A stretch of DNA of 64,000 nucleotides from a virus: IMG/VR virus record IMGVR_UViG_3300009164_003814. One strand, written 5' to 3'. The notes beneath the pieces were generated by a model. That model was not told the origin of the DNA. It did no database searches and was given only the letters and a program-made list of their open reading frames with translations. The translations under genes were made by a program, and so were the position numbers. Of this stretch, positions 9,785 through 20,600 are shown in pieces. Position 1 is the first letter of the stretch; the number at the start of each line of letters is the position of its first letter.

Positions 9785-10240
9785 ATGTCCGAAGAAACAT
9801 GCGCAAAATCAGAAAGCGCAACAAAACAAGAAGACTGGATGAATTCAAAATGGCGTCCAGCTATGGGTTGGATGTACATGTTGGTATGTACTTCTGACTT
9901 TGTTATATTTCCTATCTTATGGAGTTTAGTCCAAGTAGTGGGTGGCGGCAAAGTGGAAACACAATGGAGTCCAATCACCCTACAAGGTGCAGGCTTGTTT
10001 CACATGGCCATGGGCGCTATTCTAGGTATTGCGGCCTACGGTCGTACACAAGAAAAGTTAGGTGATAAAGCTGGTGCAACAATGCCTGCACCTACAAGCA
10101 CACCCACACCCAACTTTGGTAGTACTCCGCTAGGCAACAACACTGCGAGTACTGCTTCAGCATTTACACCAGCACCAGCGCCGGCGTTTGGCAGTACAAA
10201 ACCCACTGGGCCAGCCGTGGCTCAGCAACCAGAACTATAA
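9785..10240 (+). CDS. Holin (3TM/GTA-type)
   Basis: WRPAMGW motif, TM segments, G.....GRT.EK; located in the lysis cassette. Confidence 0.7.
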   Translation: MSEETCAKSESATKQEDWMNSKWRPAMGWMYMLVCTSDFVIFPILWSLVQVVGGGKVETQWSPITLQGAGLFHMAMGAILGIAAYGRTQEKLGDKAGATMPAPTSTPTPNFGSTPLGNNTASTASAFTPAPAPAFGSTKPTGPAVAQQPEL

Positions 10241-10253
10241 AAGGAGACTCATC

Positions 10254-10373
10254 ATGTTAGACACATTATTTTGGATCGCAGTAGGAGCATTTGTAGGTTG
10301 GAATTTTCCACAACCATTTTGGGCTAAAATCGTTCAAGAAAAAATCCAGGCTATGATAGCCAAAGGAAAATAA
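10254..10373 (+). CDS. Small membrane protein
   Basis: SD aggag then ATG 10254; MLDTLFWIAVGAFVGW. Confidence 0.6.
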   Translation: MLDTLFWIAVGAFVGWNFPQPFWAKIVQEKIQAMIAKGK

Positions 10374-10374
10374 A

Positions 10375-10755
10375 ATGGAATTGGAACAAATAAAGGAACA
10401 GATGAGTGCTAACGCCAGCAAAGGCGCACTGATTGAAAAGGTAACATTTGCAGTGTTGCCCATCATGTTTGCCTGTGTGGTGTACTTGATGAATGCGCTG
10501 AGTAATGTTAATCATAGCTTGACCATTCTTGAAAGCAAGATGCAGTTGGTAGTGACATCAGACAACAAACAAGCACCAAACATGGGTGCTGAACTGGCTC
10601 GTGAAAAACTGCGCCAAGACTTTATGCAATCCAACACAGAAGCACTAGCAAGAAGCGGTGCCAACAAAGCAGTGCTGGACACATTGATATGGCGTGTGCA
10701 AGAGTTGGAAAAGCACAAAGAGAAACAATCCAACAATGGTAACGGGAAAAAGTAA
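10375..10755 (+). CDS. Membrane-anchored coiled-coil protein
   Basis: One TM segment followed by a coiled coil. Confidence 0.55.
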   Translation: MELEQIKEQMSANASKGALIEKVTFAVLPIMFACVVYLMNALSNVNHSLTILESKMQLVVTSDNKQAPNMGAELAREKLRQDFMQSNTEALARSGANKAVLDTLIWRVQELEKHKEKQSNNGNGKK

Positions 10756-10795
10756 TCATGGCAACATTAACTGTATGAAAAAAGGAAAGATAAAA

Positions 10796-10963
10796 ATGAA
10801 AAAGTTTTTAATTGCCGCAAACATTGTAATTTGGTCATTTGTAGGTTACCAAACCACTGCCTATGCCGAACCTGCTAAAAAACCTGCGGCACAGAAAAAA
10901 GAAGTCAAAAAGCACAAAAAAGTTGAAGGAATCAAAGTTCCAGAAAAAGCAACCAAGAAGTAA
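10796..10963 (+). CDS. Small secreted Lys-rich protein
   Basis: Signal peptide ending AYA, then a K-rich tail. Confidence 0.5.
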   Translation: MKKFLIAANIVIWSFVGYQTTAYAEPAKKPAAQKKEVKKHKKVEGIKVPEKATKK

Positions 10964-10992
10964 TTGACATCACCCCAAGTAGACAGTATAAT
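10964..10992 (+). promoter_or_regulatory. Sigma70-type promoter
   Basis: TTGACA-17 bp-TATAAT, perfect consensus upstream of dnaJ. Confidence 0.85.
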
Positions 10993-11018
10993 TACTATGC
11001 TGTCTACTTTTCATTACT

Positions 11019-11798
11019 ATGTCAAATCACTACCAAACTCTAGGCGTTGATCGCAACGCAACTCCAGACGAAATTAAACGGGCTTATCGTAAGTTGGCCA
11101 GCCAGCATCATCCCGACAAAGGCGGGGACAAAACCAAGTTTCAAGAAATACAAAGTGCCTATGACACCTTGAGTAATCCACAAAAACGATCCATGCATGA
11201 CAGTCCACAAAGCCCGTTTGGTAATATGGGCGGACAAGGATTTAATTTTGAATCTATCTTTGATGTTTTTGGTACCAGATTTCAACACCCTCAACAACAA
11301 CGTCAGCATCAACGAGCCATGATGACCTTGTGGATCACCTTGCCGGATGTGGCTCGCGGTGGTCCAAAAACCATCAGTGTAGGCACACATCAAGGCACAA
11401 TAACCGTGGAAATAGAAATTCCGCCTGGCATTGACGATGGAGCCAGTGTACAGTATCCAGGTATTGGACCCGGAGGCATGGATCTAGTGATTACATTTAG
11501 AATACATCCTAATCCGCGTTGGGAACGGCAAGGACCAAACTTGATAACAGATCACCCAATTGATGTTTGGGACCTAATCACCGGCACAGAAATTACTGTA
11601 CAAGACATCTTAGGCGCCACACTCAGTTTAACTGTTCCTGCTAGAACACAACCCGGTACCACATTTAGATTGCGTGAACGTGGTCTAGCCCAAAGATCCG
11701 GCGCCGCAGGTGATTTATTGGTGCGTGTACAAGCCCGTATTCCAGACAATATTCCCCAACCTATTTTAGACGCTATTACTCAAACCCGCAACCAATAA
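11019..11798 (+). CDS. dnaJ: DnaJ/CbpA-like co-chaperone (no Zn finger)
   Basis: J-domain with HPD; C-terminal domain with GDLLV. Confidence 0.9.
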   Translation: MSNHYQTLGVDRNATPDEIKRAYRKLASQHHPDKGGDKTKFQEIQSAYDTLSNPQKRSMHDSPQSPFGNMGGQGFNFESIFDVFGTRFQHPQQQRQHQRAMMTLWITLPDVARGGPKTISVGTHQGTITVEIEIPPGIDDGASVQYPGIGPGGMDLVITFRIHPNPRWERQGPNLITDHPIDVWDLITGTEITVQDILGATLSLTVPARTQPGTTFRLRERGLAQRSGAAGDLLVRVQARIPDNIPQPILDAITQTRNQ

Positions 11799-11811
11799 AT
11801 AACCATATAGA

Positions 11812-11840
11812 TTGCATTTTTATTCAAGTTATAGTATAAT
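11812..11840 (+). promoter_or_regulatory. Sigma70-type promoter
   Basis: TTGCAT-17-TATAAT upstream of clpA. Confidence 0.65.
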
Positions 11841-11872
11841 GAAACATACGGATATATATTTAAAAGGAATCC

Positions 11873-14140
11873 ATGCAAAACAATCCTGAAATTGAACAGA
11901 TAGTTGACGCCGCAGTCAAGATAGCACGTGATTGTAAACATGAATATGTGCTAACCGAACATATGCTGGTGGCTTTGCTACGTCACGCACCATTCCGCCA
12001 GGTACTAGAAAAATTTGGTACTGATGTTGTCCGCATGGAACAAGAGATTGAAGCTTACTTGGCTAGTCTAGCCAATCTGGTCACTACTAAAGATGTGCAA
12101 CCCAAAAAAACCAATGCCTTAGAGCGTGTGTTTAACCGTGCCCTGACACAGGTTCTGTTTACTGGCCGTAGAACTATTAGTACATTAGATCTGTACCTGG
12201 CCATGATGAGTGAGAACAACAGCCATGCTCATTACTTTTTACTCAAGTACGGAATCAAAAAAGCCGAGTTTGCCGAGTTCTATCAGGCCAACTACAAGCA
12301 AAGCGATGTTAAACTTACAAATCAACAAGCCACAGAAATACTCACAGAACACTGTACTGATTTAACAGCCTTAGCGCAACAAAATAGATTAGAGCCCATG
12401 ATTGGTCGTGCAGAAGAACTGGACGAAATGATCACAGTGTTGGCTCGCAAGTTCAAAGCCAATGTGCTCATGGTCGGAGATCCTGGAGTAGGAAAAACTG
12501 CCATTGTAGAAGGCTTGGCTCAAGAAATTACAGCCGGTCGTGTGCCTGAATTTCTTAAAGGACATGAACTATGGGGCCTAGAAGTAGGAAGTCTATTAGC
12601 TGGCAGTAAGTATCGTGGTGAATTTGAAGAAAAGTTCAAGGCAGTTATTACCGCACTGGAAACTAAGAAAAATTGCATCTTGTTTGTGGACGAAGCTCAC
12701 ACCATGAAGGGTGCTGGTGCAAGTAGTCAAAGCAGTTTAGACATGGCCAATATGTTGAAGCCCAGCATAACCAAGGGCAGTTTAAAAGTAATAGCATCAA
12801 CCACCTGGGAAGAATACTACGAAAGTTTTGAAAAGGATCGCGCACTCATGCGTCGTTTCCATAGAGTAGGGATTGATGAACCAGATGCTGGCACCACAGA
12901 ACAGATCCTGATTGGGCTCAGTCCTAGACTTGAATCCTTCCATAACGTGTTGATCGACACAGATGCAATCACATCTGCAGTGGAACTAAGCGGTCGCTAC
13001 ATACACGATCGTAAGAACCCCGACAAATCAATTGACTTGCTAGATGGTGCTTGTGCCAAGGAACGTGTAAAAGATGCAGGTAATGTGACCATTACCAAGG
13101 ACATGATCATGGCTCAACTAAGCCGTGTTACAGATGTTCCTATGGATCGATTAGAAAATGAAAGCAGTGCCAAGATTATAGAACTGGAAAGCAACATTAA
13201 ACAGAAGTTGTATGGACAAGATGCCGCCGTGGATCGCGTATTGGAGAGAGTGTACATCAACTTCTCGGGTATTGGCAATGCTAAACGTCCTATTGCTAGC
13301 TTTTTGTTCCTAGGACCTACGGGCACAGGCAAAACAGAGTTGGCCAAATTGCTCAGCGAGCACCTGGATATGAAACTGCTCAAGTATGATATGAGTGAGT
13401 ATCAAGAGCGTCATACAGTGTCAGGCTTGATTGGTGCGCCTCCAGGCTATGTTGGATTCGAAGATGGCAATCTTGGTGGCGGCAAGTTAATTAGCGATGT
13501 CAGCAAACATCCATTTAGTATCTTGTTGTTTGATGAAATTGAAAAGGCTCATCCCGATGTAATCAACATCATGTTACAGATGTTAGATGAAGCCCGCATT
13601 ACATCAAGCAATGGTAAAACAGTAGATCTCAAGAACTGCATCATTATCATGACTAGTAACTTGGGTGCTAGAGACAACGAAAACAACAACATTGGCTTTG
13701 GACAGAGTTTAGAAAAAACTGGTAGCGAAGATAAGGCCATGAAAGAGTTTTTTAAACCTGAACTACGCAATCGTATTGACTGTGTGTGCAAGTTCAACAA
13801 GTTAGATACCCTAGCCATCAAGAAAGTGGTGCTGAAATTTGTAGATGAACTCAAGGTCAGTCTTATGAATAAGCATATTCAATTAACATTATCAGAACCA
13901 GTGATTGACATGCTGGCCGACAAGGGCTACGATTCAAAGATGGGTGCTAGACCCCTAGGACGCAAGATTGATGAACTAATTCGTGTGCCATTGAGTAAGC
14001 GTATTTTGTTTGATCGTTTGGAGAATTGTACAATGCATGCTGTAATGAAAGATGATGCAGTTGAGTTTGTAACAGAACTTTCAACCAGTACAGCCGTGGT
14101 GACTGAAGATGGATACATAGTCCTTGACCCTGAAGTTTAA
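11873..14140 (+). CDS. clpA: ATP-dependent Clp protease ATPase subunit ClpA
   Basis: Clp N-domain; two AAA+ modules (GDPGVGKT, GPTGTGKT); IGF ClpP-docking loop; no ClpB middle domain. Confidence 0.9.
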   Translation: MQNNPEIEQIVDAAVKIARDCKHEYVLTEHMLVALLRHAPFRQVLEKFGTDVVRMEQEIEAYLASLANLVTTKDVQPKKTNALERVFNRALTQVLFTGRRTISTLDLYLAMMSENNSHAHYFLLKYGIKKAEFAEFYQANYKQSDVKLTNQQATEILTEHCTDLTALAQQNRLEPMIGRAEELDEMITVLARKFKANVLMVGDPGVGKTAIVEGLAQEITAGRVPEFLKGHELWGLEVGSLLAGSKYRGEFEEKFKAVITALETKKNCILFVDEAHTMKGAGASSQSSLDMANMLKPSITKGSLKVIASTTWEEYYESFEKDRALMRRFHRVGIDEPDAGTTEQILIGLSPRLESFHNVLIDTDAITSAVELSGRYIHDRKNPDKSIDLLDGACAKERVKDAGNVTITKDMIMAQLSRVTDVPMDRLENESSAKIIELESNIKQKLYGQDAAVDRVLERVYINFSGIGNAKRPIASFLFLGPTGTGKTELAKLLSEHLDMKLLKYDMSEYQERHTVSGLIGAPPGYVGFEDGNLGGGKLISDVSKHPFSILLFDEIEKAHPDVINIMLQMLDEARITSSNGKTVDLKNCIIIMTSNLGARDNENNNIGFGQSLEKTGSEDKAMKEFFKPELRNRIDCVCKFNKLDTLAIKKVVLKFVDELKVSLMNKHIQLTLSEPVIDMLADKGYDSKMGARPLGRKIDELIRVPLSKRILFDRLENCTMHAVMKDDAVEFVTELSTSTAVVTEDGYIVLDPEV

Positions 14141-14828
14141 ATCCGTTGTAAAGGATCGGTTGTTTTACGATCGTTTTCAATACTGTATCAGTTTTGGCTT
14201 GGCAGAAATCAGTTGTCTGCGAGAACAAGAACTTGATTGCACCCGTATCAGCCACATGCTTGAGCGTCGAAAACAGTGGCGCGAAGTTGCACACCAACGA
14301 TGGAACACCCTTGGTCAGAAACCCAATGCCCAACAATCACGTCTGTGGAATGAAATCACCGAAGAAGTTGAGCAAAACTTGTATGATTTTGCTGCCGTTC
14401 TACGCAACAGCGGAGTGGATTTAAAATTAGTAGTCAGTTCCAACTGTGGATGGGTGTATACCAATAGCTTAGAGTTGATCAGTCAATTAAAACCCATGCC
14501 TATGTTGACAGGAAAAAAATACTCCAAGGCTGTGATCGATCGTCCTAAAAATACTATTTTATTAAAGAATCCCCGGCATCAATTCCGCAGTTATTTTAAA
14601 ATAACCAAAATTACCAATCAGCAAAAAAACACGTTGATTAATTTTTTAAACAATCAACAATCCAGTATTAGAATTAGCCCAGCACTAGCAACCTGGATTA
14701 CTAGTACATTCTATCGCACACAAGACTATTTTTTTGTAGATCACGATGAAATGTCGTGGTTGACTATGCTGGCACTGGTACATCCTGGAATAATAAGAAA
14801 AACTCAGCAGATAATCCAGGCTAAATAG
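14124..14828 (+). CDS. Hypothetical protein
   Basis: 234-aa ORF, TTG start. Confidence 0.55.
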   Translation: MTLKFKSVVKDRLFYDRFQYCISFGLAEISCLREQELDCTRISHMLERRKQWREVAHQRWNTLGQKPNAQQSRLWNEITEEVEQNLYDFAAVLRNSGVDLKLVVSSNCGWVYTNSLELISQLKPMPMLTGKKYSKAVIDRPKNTILLKNPRHQFRSYFKITKITNQQKNTLINFLNNQQSSIRISPALATWITSTFYRTQDYFFVDHDEMSWLTMLALVHPGIIRKTQQIIQAK

Positions 14829-14834
14829 TACACT

Positions 14835-14999
14835 ATGGCAAAAATTAACGAACAAACCCTTGTAATCACTGTCAGCCAATTGGTCAAAGACGACACTCCT
14901 GCCCACGTTTTATTAGATGCCGATGTTGTGGCTCAATTAGAAGCAGTGGTAACTGAATTGGCTGGTGCTGGCACTCTAGTAGAAATTAAACAGGCATGA
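14835..14999 (+). CDS. Small hypothetical protein (54 aa, not in ORF track)
   Basis: MAKINEQTLVITVSQLVKDD...EIKQA*; preceded by CTAAATA and coupled to the next gene by ATGA. Confidence 0.65.
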   Translation: MAKINEQTLVITVSQLVKDDTPAHVLLDADVVAQLEAVVTELAGAGTLVEIKQA

Positions 15000-15361
15000 C
15001 CATTTACACCACACAAACTCTAGTAGATGATGTGACTTATGGCAGTGCATCAGGTAACTACGATGGTAGCAGCCAAGATTGGTACAGCAATGCTGTACCC
15101 GCGGCCAACTACTATGGTGGGCAAGGCGCACTACAAACCATCACATATCGTTTGCAAGATTTTGTGGGTGTTATAAGCATCCAAGCGACTTTGAACGATC
15201 TTAAAGAATCTGCTCCTTGGTTTGAAGTGGCCACATATGGTGATGGTAGTACCGTTGATACCGGAACTATTCCTGTAAATGTTGTAGGTAACTTTACTTG
15301 GCTTAGAGCAGAAATTACTGAATTTTCAAGTGGAACTATAACCATTACTGCAGCATACTAA
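14996..15361 (+). CDS. Hypothetical beta-rich protein, possibly virion-associated
   Basis: G/S/T-rich; GNFTWLRA. Confidence 0.5.
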   Translation: MTIYTTQTLVDDVTYGSASGNYDGSSQDWYSNAVPAANYYGGQGALQTITYRLQDFVGVISIQATLNDLKESAPWFEVATYGDGSTVDTGTIPVNVVGNFTWLRAEITEFSSGTITITAAY

Positions 15362-15362
15362 A

Positions 15363-15800
15363 ATGTCTAACACTGTAACAATTTCTTGTACCCTAGATAC
15401 AACTAACACAGAAGCTACACTGGGATTTGAGGCCTGGGTTGACAATCAAAAGTTTTTTGACACCGATCATGTACAAACTCAACAACAGATTGTTTTAGAA
15501 ATTACCGATGACGATGGTGAACACGAGCTTAGATTTGTATTAAAAAACAAAACCTCTGACCACACTCGGGTGGATGAGGCTGGTAGTATTGTTACCGATG
15601 CTAGGCTAATTATCACAGACCTGGCATTTGATGAAATCAAACTTGGACATATGGTCACAGAACAAGCAGTATATACACACGATTTTAATGGAACCAGCGT
15701 TGTTGCCCATGATAAGTTTTACAGTGAAATGGGGTGCAACGGCACTGTGAGTCTTAAATTCTCTACACCTATATACCTGTGGCTCCTAGAGCACATGTAA
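15363..15800 (+). CDS. Hypothetical protein
   Basis: 145-aa ORF; weak resemblance to 26153-26446. Confidence 0.55.
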   Translation: MSNTVTISCTLDTTNTEATLGFEAWVDNQKFFDTDHVQTQQQIVLEITDDDGEHELRFVLKNKTSDHTRVDEAGSIVTDARLIITDLAFDEIKLGHMVTEQAVYTHDFNGTSVVAHDKFYSEMGCNGTVSLKFSTPIYLWLLEHM

Positions 15801-15816
15801 CCATAAATATATTACA

Positions 15817-16626
15817 ATGAACTATCTTGTAATATATCCCGGCAGATTCCATCCCTTCCATCTAGGACACAAAGCCAGCTATGATTGGTTGGCCAATCAA
15901 TTTGGTGAAAACAACGTGTATATTGCTAGTAGCAATGTTCAAGATCCTGTGACCAGTCCCTTTGAGTTCAGCGACAAAGTAAAAATGGCTACTAAATTAG
16001 GTGTTCCTGCCGGCCATGTTGTTAATGTAAAAAATCCTTATCAGGCAACAGAAATTACATCAACTTTGTCAGACGAAGAAAAAGCCAACACAGTCTTGGT
16101 ATTTGCTGTTAGTGCCAAGGATGCTGAAAGATTTAATTTTGCTCCAAAGAAAGATGGATCACCTGGTTATTTACAACCTGTGCCAGAGAACAAAAAAGGC
16201 ATGAAGCCAATGACCAAACATGGCTACGTTGCTATAACTCCGACTGTAAAATTTCGAGTCAAAGGTGCAGATGCCAACAGTGCCAGTGACATCCGTAAAC
16301 TGTATCGCGATGGCAATGATAATGATCGTCTGGCAATTATCACAGACTTATATGGCACACCGGACCCAGAGTTAAAGGCTGTATTTGACCAACGCTTAGG
16401 TGTAAATGATCCTGCAGAAGGCATCATTTACGGGCAAGAAGCAGTATTTGCTGGTGATAATCCTGTGAACGTGATGCGTGAACGCAAGGAACACTTGCTG
16501 GCAAAAATCACATATCTACGCGAACAACTGGCACAAGTACGCCAGGCCGTTCCAAACTTGCAAGATCCTGTTGTTGTTGATTATCTTGACGAAAAAAGAC
16601 TAGGAAAAAATAAGCCAGTGTGTTAA
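15817..16626 (+). CDS. Cytidylyltransferase-like (HxGH) nucleotidyltransferase
   Basis: YPGRFHPFHLGH, SASDIR. Confidence 0.75.
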   Translation: MNYLVIYPGRFHPFHLGHKASYDWLANQFGENNVYIASSNVQDPVTSPFEFSDKVKMATKLGVPAGHVVNVKNPYQATEITSTLSDEEKANTVLVFAVSAKDAERFNFAPKKDGSPGYLQPVPENKKGMKPMTKHGYVAITPTVKFRVKGADANSASDIRKLYRDGNDNDRLAIITDLYGTPDPELKAVFDQRLGVNDPAEGIIYGQEAVFAGDNPVNVMRERKEHLLAKITYLREQLAQVRQAVPNLQDPVVVDYLDEKRLGKNKPVC

Positions 16627-16663
16627 ACTCTATTAAATATCAGACACTTTAATAGAGGAATCC

Positions 16664-17572
16664 ATGGCTGAAAACCAAGCAACACCCACAACACAAACAC
16701 CTGGTGCAAAGGTAAACGACGTTACTGAGCAACCACAGCCAGGACAACAACAAATCCAAGTAAACATTGACTTTTTGAAGACCACTCGTGTGCATATTTG
16801 TATGCCATGCTACGGTGGTATGCTTACAGAGTCATGCTTTATGAGCTATATCAAATGGGCCAACACCTGCCGCCAGTTGGGCATTGATTGGACCATGGAA
16901 ACCATGACCAATGAAAGTCTTATTAGCAGAGCTAGAAACACGCTCACTGCCAAATTCCTTAACAATAAAGAATCAACTCATTTGATGTTTATTGATGCTG
17001 ACATTGGTTGGGAACCTTGGCATTTATTGGTCATGTTGAATCGTGACGTGGACGTTATTGGTGGATTATACCCAATGAAAAGTCTGCCAGTCAAATGGTG
17101 TGTAAACGGCTTTGATGGTGCTGAAGAAGGCCCAGATGGCCTACAGGAAGTATCAAAAACCGGCACAGGTTTTATGTTGATCAAACGTGCGGTATTTGAA
17201 AAGCTCAACGCACATCCTGCTACAAAACCATTTGCAAACGACATTGGTCTACCGCCAGAATTAAACCCTTACATGAAAACTTATTTTGACACAGCAGTGC
17301 GTGAAAATCGTTACTATTCAGAGGACTGGACATTCTGCGAAAATTACAGAGACTTAGGCGGCAAGATTTGGGTAGACAAGCGTGTGCTACTCAAGCACAC
17401 CGGCACTTATGTGTTTGACTATCAGACTCAAGATCAACTGTACAAAGATCTGCATTCACTAGCCCTAACCAATAATGTGGCTTTGGGTGGTCCAACAGGA
17501 GTGGCTGCACCGGTTGATGCTAAACCAGCAGAAGCTACAGTATTGGCCAGTAGTAAAAAGAAAAAGAAGTAA
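16664..17572 (+). CDS. GT-A fold glycosyltransferase-like protein
   Basis: SLISRARN, MFIDADIGW, GTGFMLIKR, SEDWTFC. Confidence 0.7.
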   Translation: MAENQATPTTQTPGAKVNDVTEQPQPGQQQIQVNIDFLKTTRVHICMPCYGGMLTESCFMSYIKWANTCRQLGIDWTMETMTNESLISRARNTLTAKFLNNKESTHLMFIDADIGWEPWHLLVMLNRDVDVIGGLYPMKSLPVKWCVNGFDGAEEGPDGLQEVSKTGTGFMLIKRAVFEKLNAHPATKPFANDIGLPPELNPYMKTYFDTAVRENRYYSEDWTFCENYRDLGGKIWVDKRVLLKHTGTYVFDYQTQDQLYKDLHSLALTNNVALGGPTGVAAPVDAKPAEATVLASSKKKKK

Positions 17573-17591
17573 CATAATAACCCAACATAAC

Positions 17592-17617
17592 AAGAGCCGC
17601 TTTGACAGCGGCTTTTT
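17592..17617 (+). terminator. Rho-independent terminator
   Basis: agagccgc-tttgaca-gcggctttt hairpin with T tract. Confidence 0.75.
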
Positions 17618-17639
17618 GTTGTGCGCTAAATATTACACA

Positions 17640-20600
17640 ATGAATATTTTAGAACTAGATTCCTACAACCTTGACGACGCAGTCAAGTTCAATGATCGCT
17701 TGAATCCTAGACTGTGGGACTCTACTGAGCATTTAAAGCCGGAAGTCAAGGCCCAGCTACTTTTAATAGCTGAAGATTTTCGCGAGTTTCTAGGCGTGAT
17801 AGATCTTGACTTGCAAGACATAACCATCAGTGGGTCAAATGCAGCCTACACATATACTCCCAACTCAGATATTGATCTACACCTAGTGGTCAAAATGCCC
17901 ACGGATGAAGTATATCGCGAGTTATTTGATGCTAAGAAGTTTCAGTATAACGAACAACACAATATTAAAATTGGCGGTTACGATGTTGAACTATATGTTC
18001 AATCTGCAGATCAACCACACATTAGTCAAGGTATCTACAGCGTATTAACCGATGATTGGATTCAAGTTCCGCGTCGTGTTAAGTCAGTGGTGGATGATAC
18101 TAGCACTGAGAATAAATTTAAAACTGTAGGGCATCAAATTGAAAAGGCCATTGCGTCGGGCAGTTTAACTCGCATGACCCGTATGGCTGAAAAGATTAAA
18201 CGGATGCGACAGACTGGACTTGAACAGCACGGCGAATTTGGTCCTGAAAACCTAGCATTTAAAATGTTACGCAGTCAAGGCAAGATTAAAGAACTATATG
18301 ATGCTCGTAATGCAGCCAAAGATCAAGAACTGAGTTTACGTGAACGTCGGCAACCGCATAGTGTGTTTACATATGGATTCAAACACGAAGAAGCCAACTC
18401 GGTGGTTGAACAAACAACCGAAGTTGACACCCCGTCGTTATCAGATGAACAAATACTAAAAGACTTTATCAAATTTTGTGTAGCAGAATTAAAAATCAAA
18501 TCAATGCCCACAGTCAAGTTGCGTCGTGACCCACAGTGGTCAGTGGTGAATAAGACTTTTGGTCGTTATATCAATGATGCACATTTGCTGGAGGTAGCAT
18601 TTGGCCAACGTCATATTATGGATGTGCTCCGTACTGTGGCACATGAACTCACACACAAACATCAACACGAGCGTGAAACAGTGCCTGGTGATGCTGGAGA
18701 AACTGGATCACCATATGAAAACGAAGCTAATGCCCGTGCTGGCATACTCATGCGTGACTATGGTCGCTTGCACCCAGAATTGTTTGATGCCAGTCAAACT
18801 GAACTAGAGGAAGGCGCAAGTGGATATATCCCCACAAAGAAGCAGGCTCGAGATCCGCGATTCAGCATGGCACTCACACAAGACATTCGCCCCGGACAAC
18901 TGGGCAAAGAAGCCAACAAGTTAAATTTAAAAACCAACCGGCAAGGCGTTCCACAGGTTGCCCGAGCAAATGGTCTGTTTGAGAAATTAAATTTAGAATT
19001 GGCCCGATTTAAAAAAGGTATAGCCGACGAGGATTACAGCCCAGATAATCCGCCAGGCCCAGAAACTAAACCTACCATGCCTAAAGGTACTATACGTGTA
19101 GATGTCAGCGACATGTATGACTGGTACAAGTTAGGCAAGAACATTAGTAATCTAAAAGCAGCAGACAAAAGCCAATTTGGCAAAGGTCCTCCTAGTACTA
19201 TTATATCATTTGGCGACGAAGATACAGAACACCAGTATATCAACGATTTAGAAAACTTAGGACTCACTACTACCGATATTGACCCTGTTGATCCTAATCA
19301 GCCCAAGAGTATGAAACGTCAAAAGACAGATCCTACCTACAATGTAGCCGAGTCTACGCAACTAGACGAAGTTAAAATGAGCCCGTCGGCCTTGCAAAAG
19401 TGGGCCCAGAGTCCAGAAGCACAGGGCATACGTGCCGGCTTTGAAGCAGAGATGATCTTCCGTGACACCAACAGCGGTGACGACAGTGACTACGACATGG
19501 AACCTGACTATGACATGGACGAACGTTGCCGTAGCATCCAACAAATCATAGACTTTTTCCAAGGTGGTGACTATGGTGGCTTGAGCCCACGTCAAGAACG
19601 TGCCTTGCAAGAAGGCCTAGACGAACAATATTACGAGTGGTACGATGAGCAAATGATCAAAGACTTTAGCAACGAAGCTGAAGATTTAATCCGTAAAGTT
19701 ATGGTTGACGAAGGTGATTGGGATCTTGACAATGAAATACAAAAACAGTTGGCATTATTGGATTTAACCGACGATAAAATAAATGCAATTATCAATGCCG
19801 GTGAGCGGGCTCCTAAATTTACGTCAAGTAAAGAACAACAAACATACGCAGAAGCCAATCCACAGTATCAACAGTATTTAGATGCACAAGAGGAAGCTGA
19901 AGGCCTGCTAGACGAGCTAATAGAAGATGAAGTTCGTAAACAAGGTGCAAACTGGGATGCCGCTCTAGATGACTTCCGAGATAATTATCAGATAGATGAC
20001 GATTCAGGATTTTTTGATGATGCAGGCCTACGCTGGATGAGTGATATCGCTAGCAATTATGATCTAGACTGGCCCTACATGACTGGCAGTGGTAGTAACG
20101 GCGGAAGTCGTGAATGGGATGAAATTGGCGACAGTTTACAAAGTGCTGTAGACATGCCGGTTAAAGTAAGTAGCAACTATCACAGTGCCACACGCAAGGA
20201 AGGCGTGTGGATTTTAGAGCCTGATTCTAGTTTACAACCCGACGACAGTGAAGACTTTGGCTTGGAAATTGTAAGTCCGCCTTTACCACTAGAACAAGCA
20301 TTAGAAAAACTAGAAGCGGTATGTGACTGGGCCAATTCAGACGAGGGCAACTGTTATACCAACAACTCAACCGGTCTACACATGGGCGTTAGTGTGCCGT
20401 TCAAAGGTGGTGACGTTGACTACTTGAAACTGATCCTGTTCCTGGGTGACGAATACGTGTTACAATCGTTTGGTCGTGAGGCCAACACCTACACCAAGTC
20501 AGCCATGAGCAAGTTCCGTGAAAACATCAAAGGTGGCCGTGCTGATCCTATGGGTGCAATCAAATTGATGCAAAGTGGCCTGCTCGAACTGGCACATAGA

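Noticed and set aside
17475-17639. N-terminal extension of the 1462-aa ORF
   Set aside because: It overlaps the upstream gene and spans a terminator; ATG 17640 is the better start
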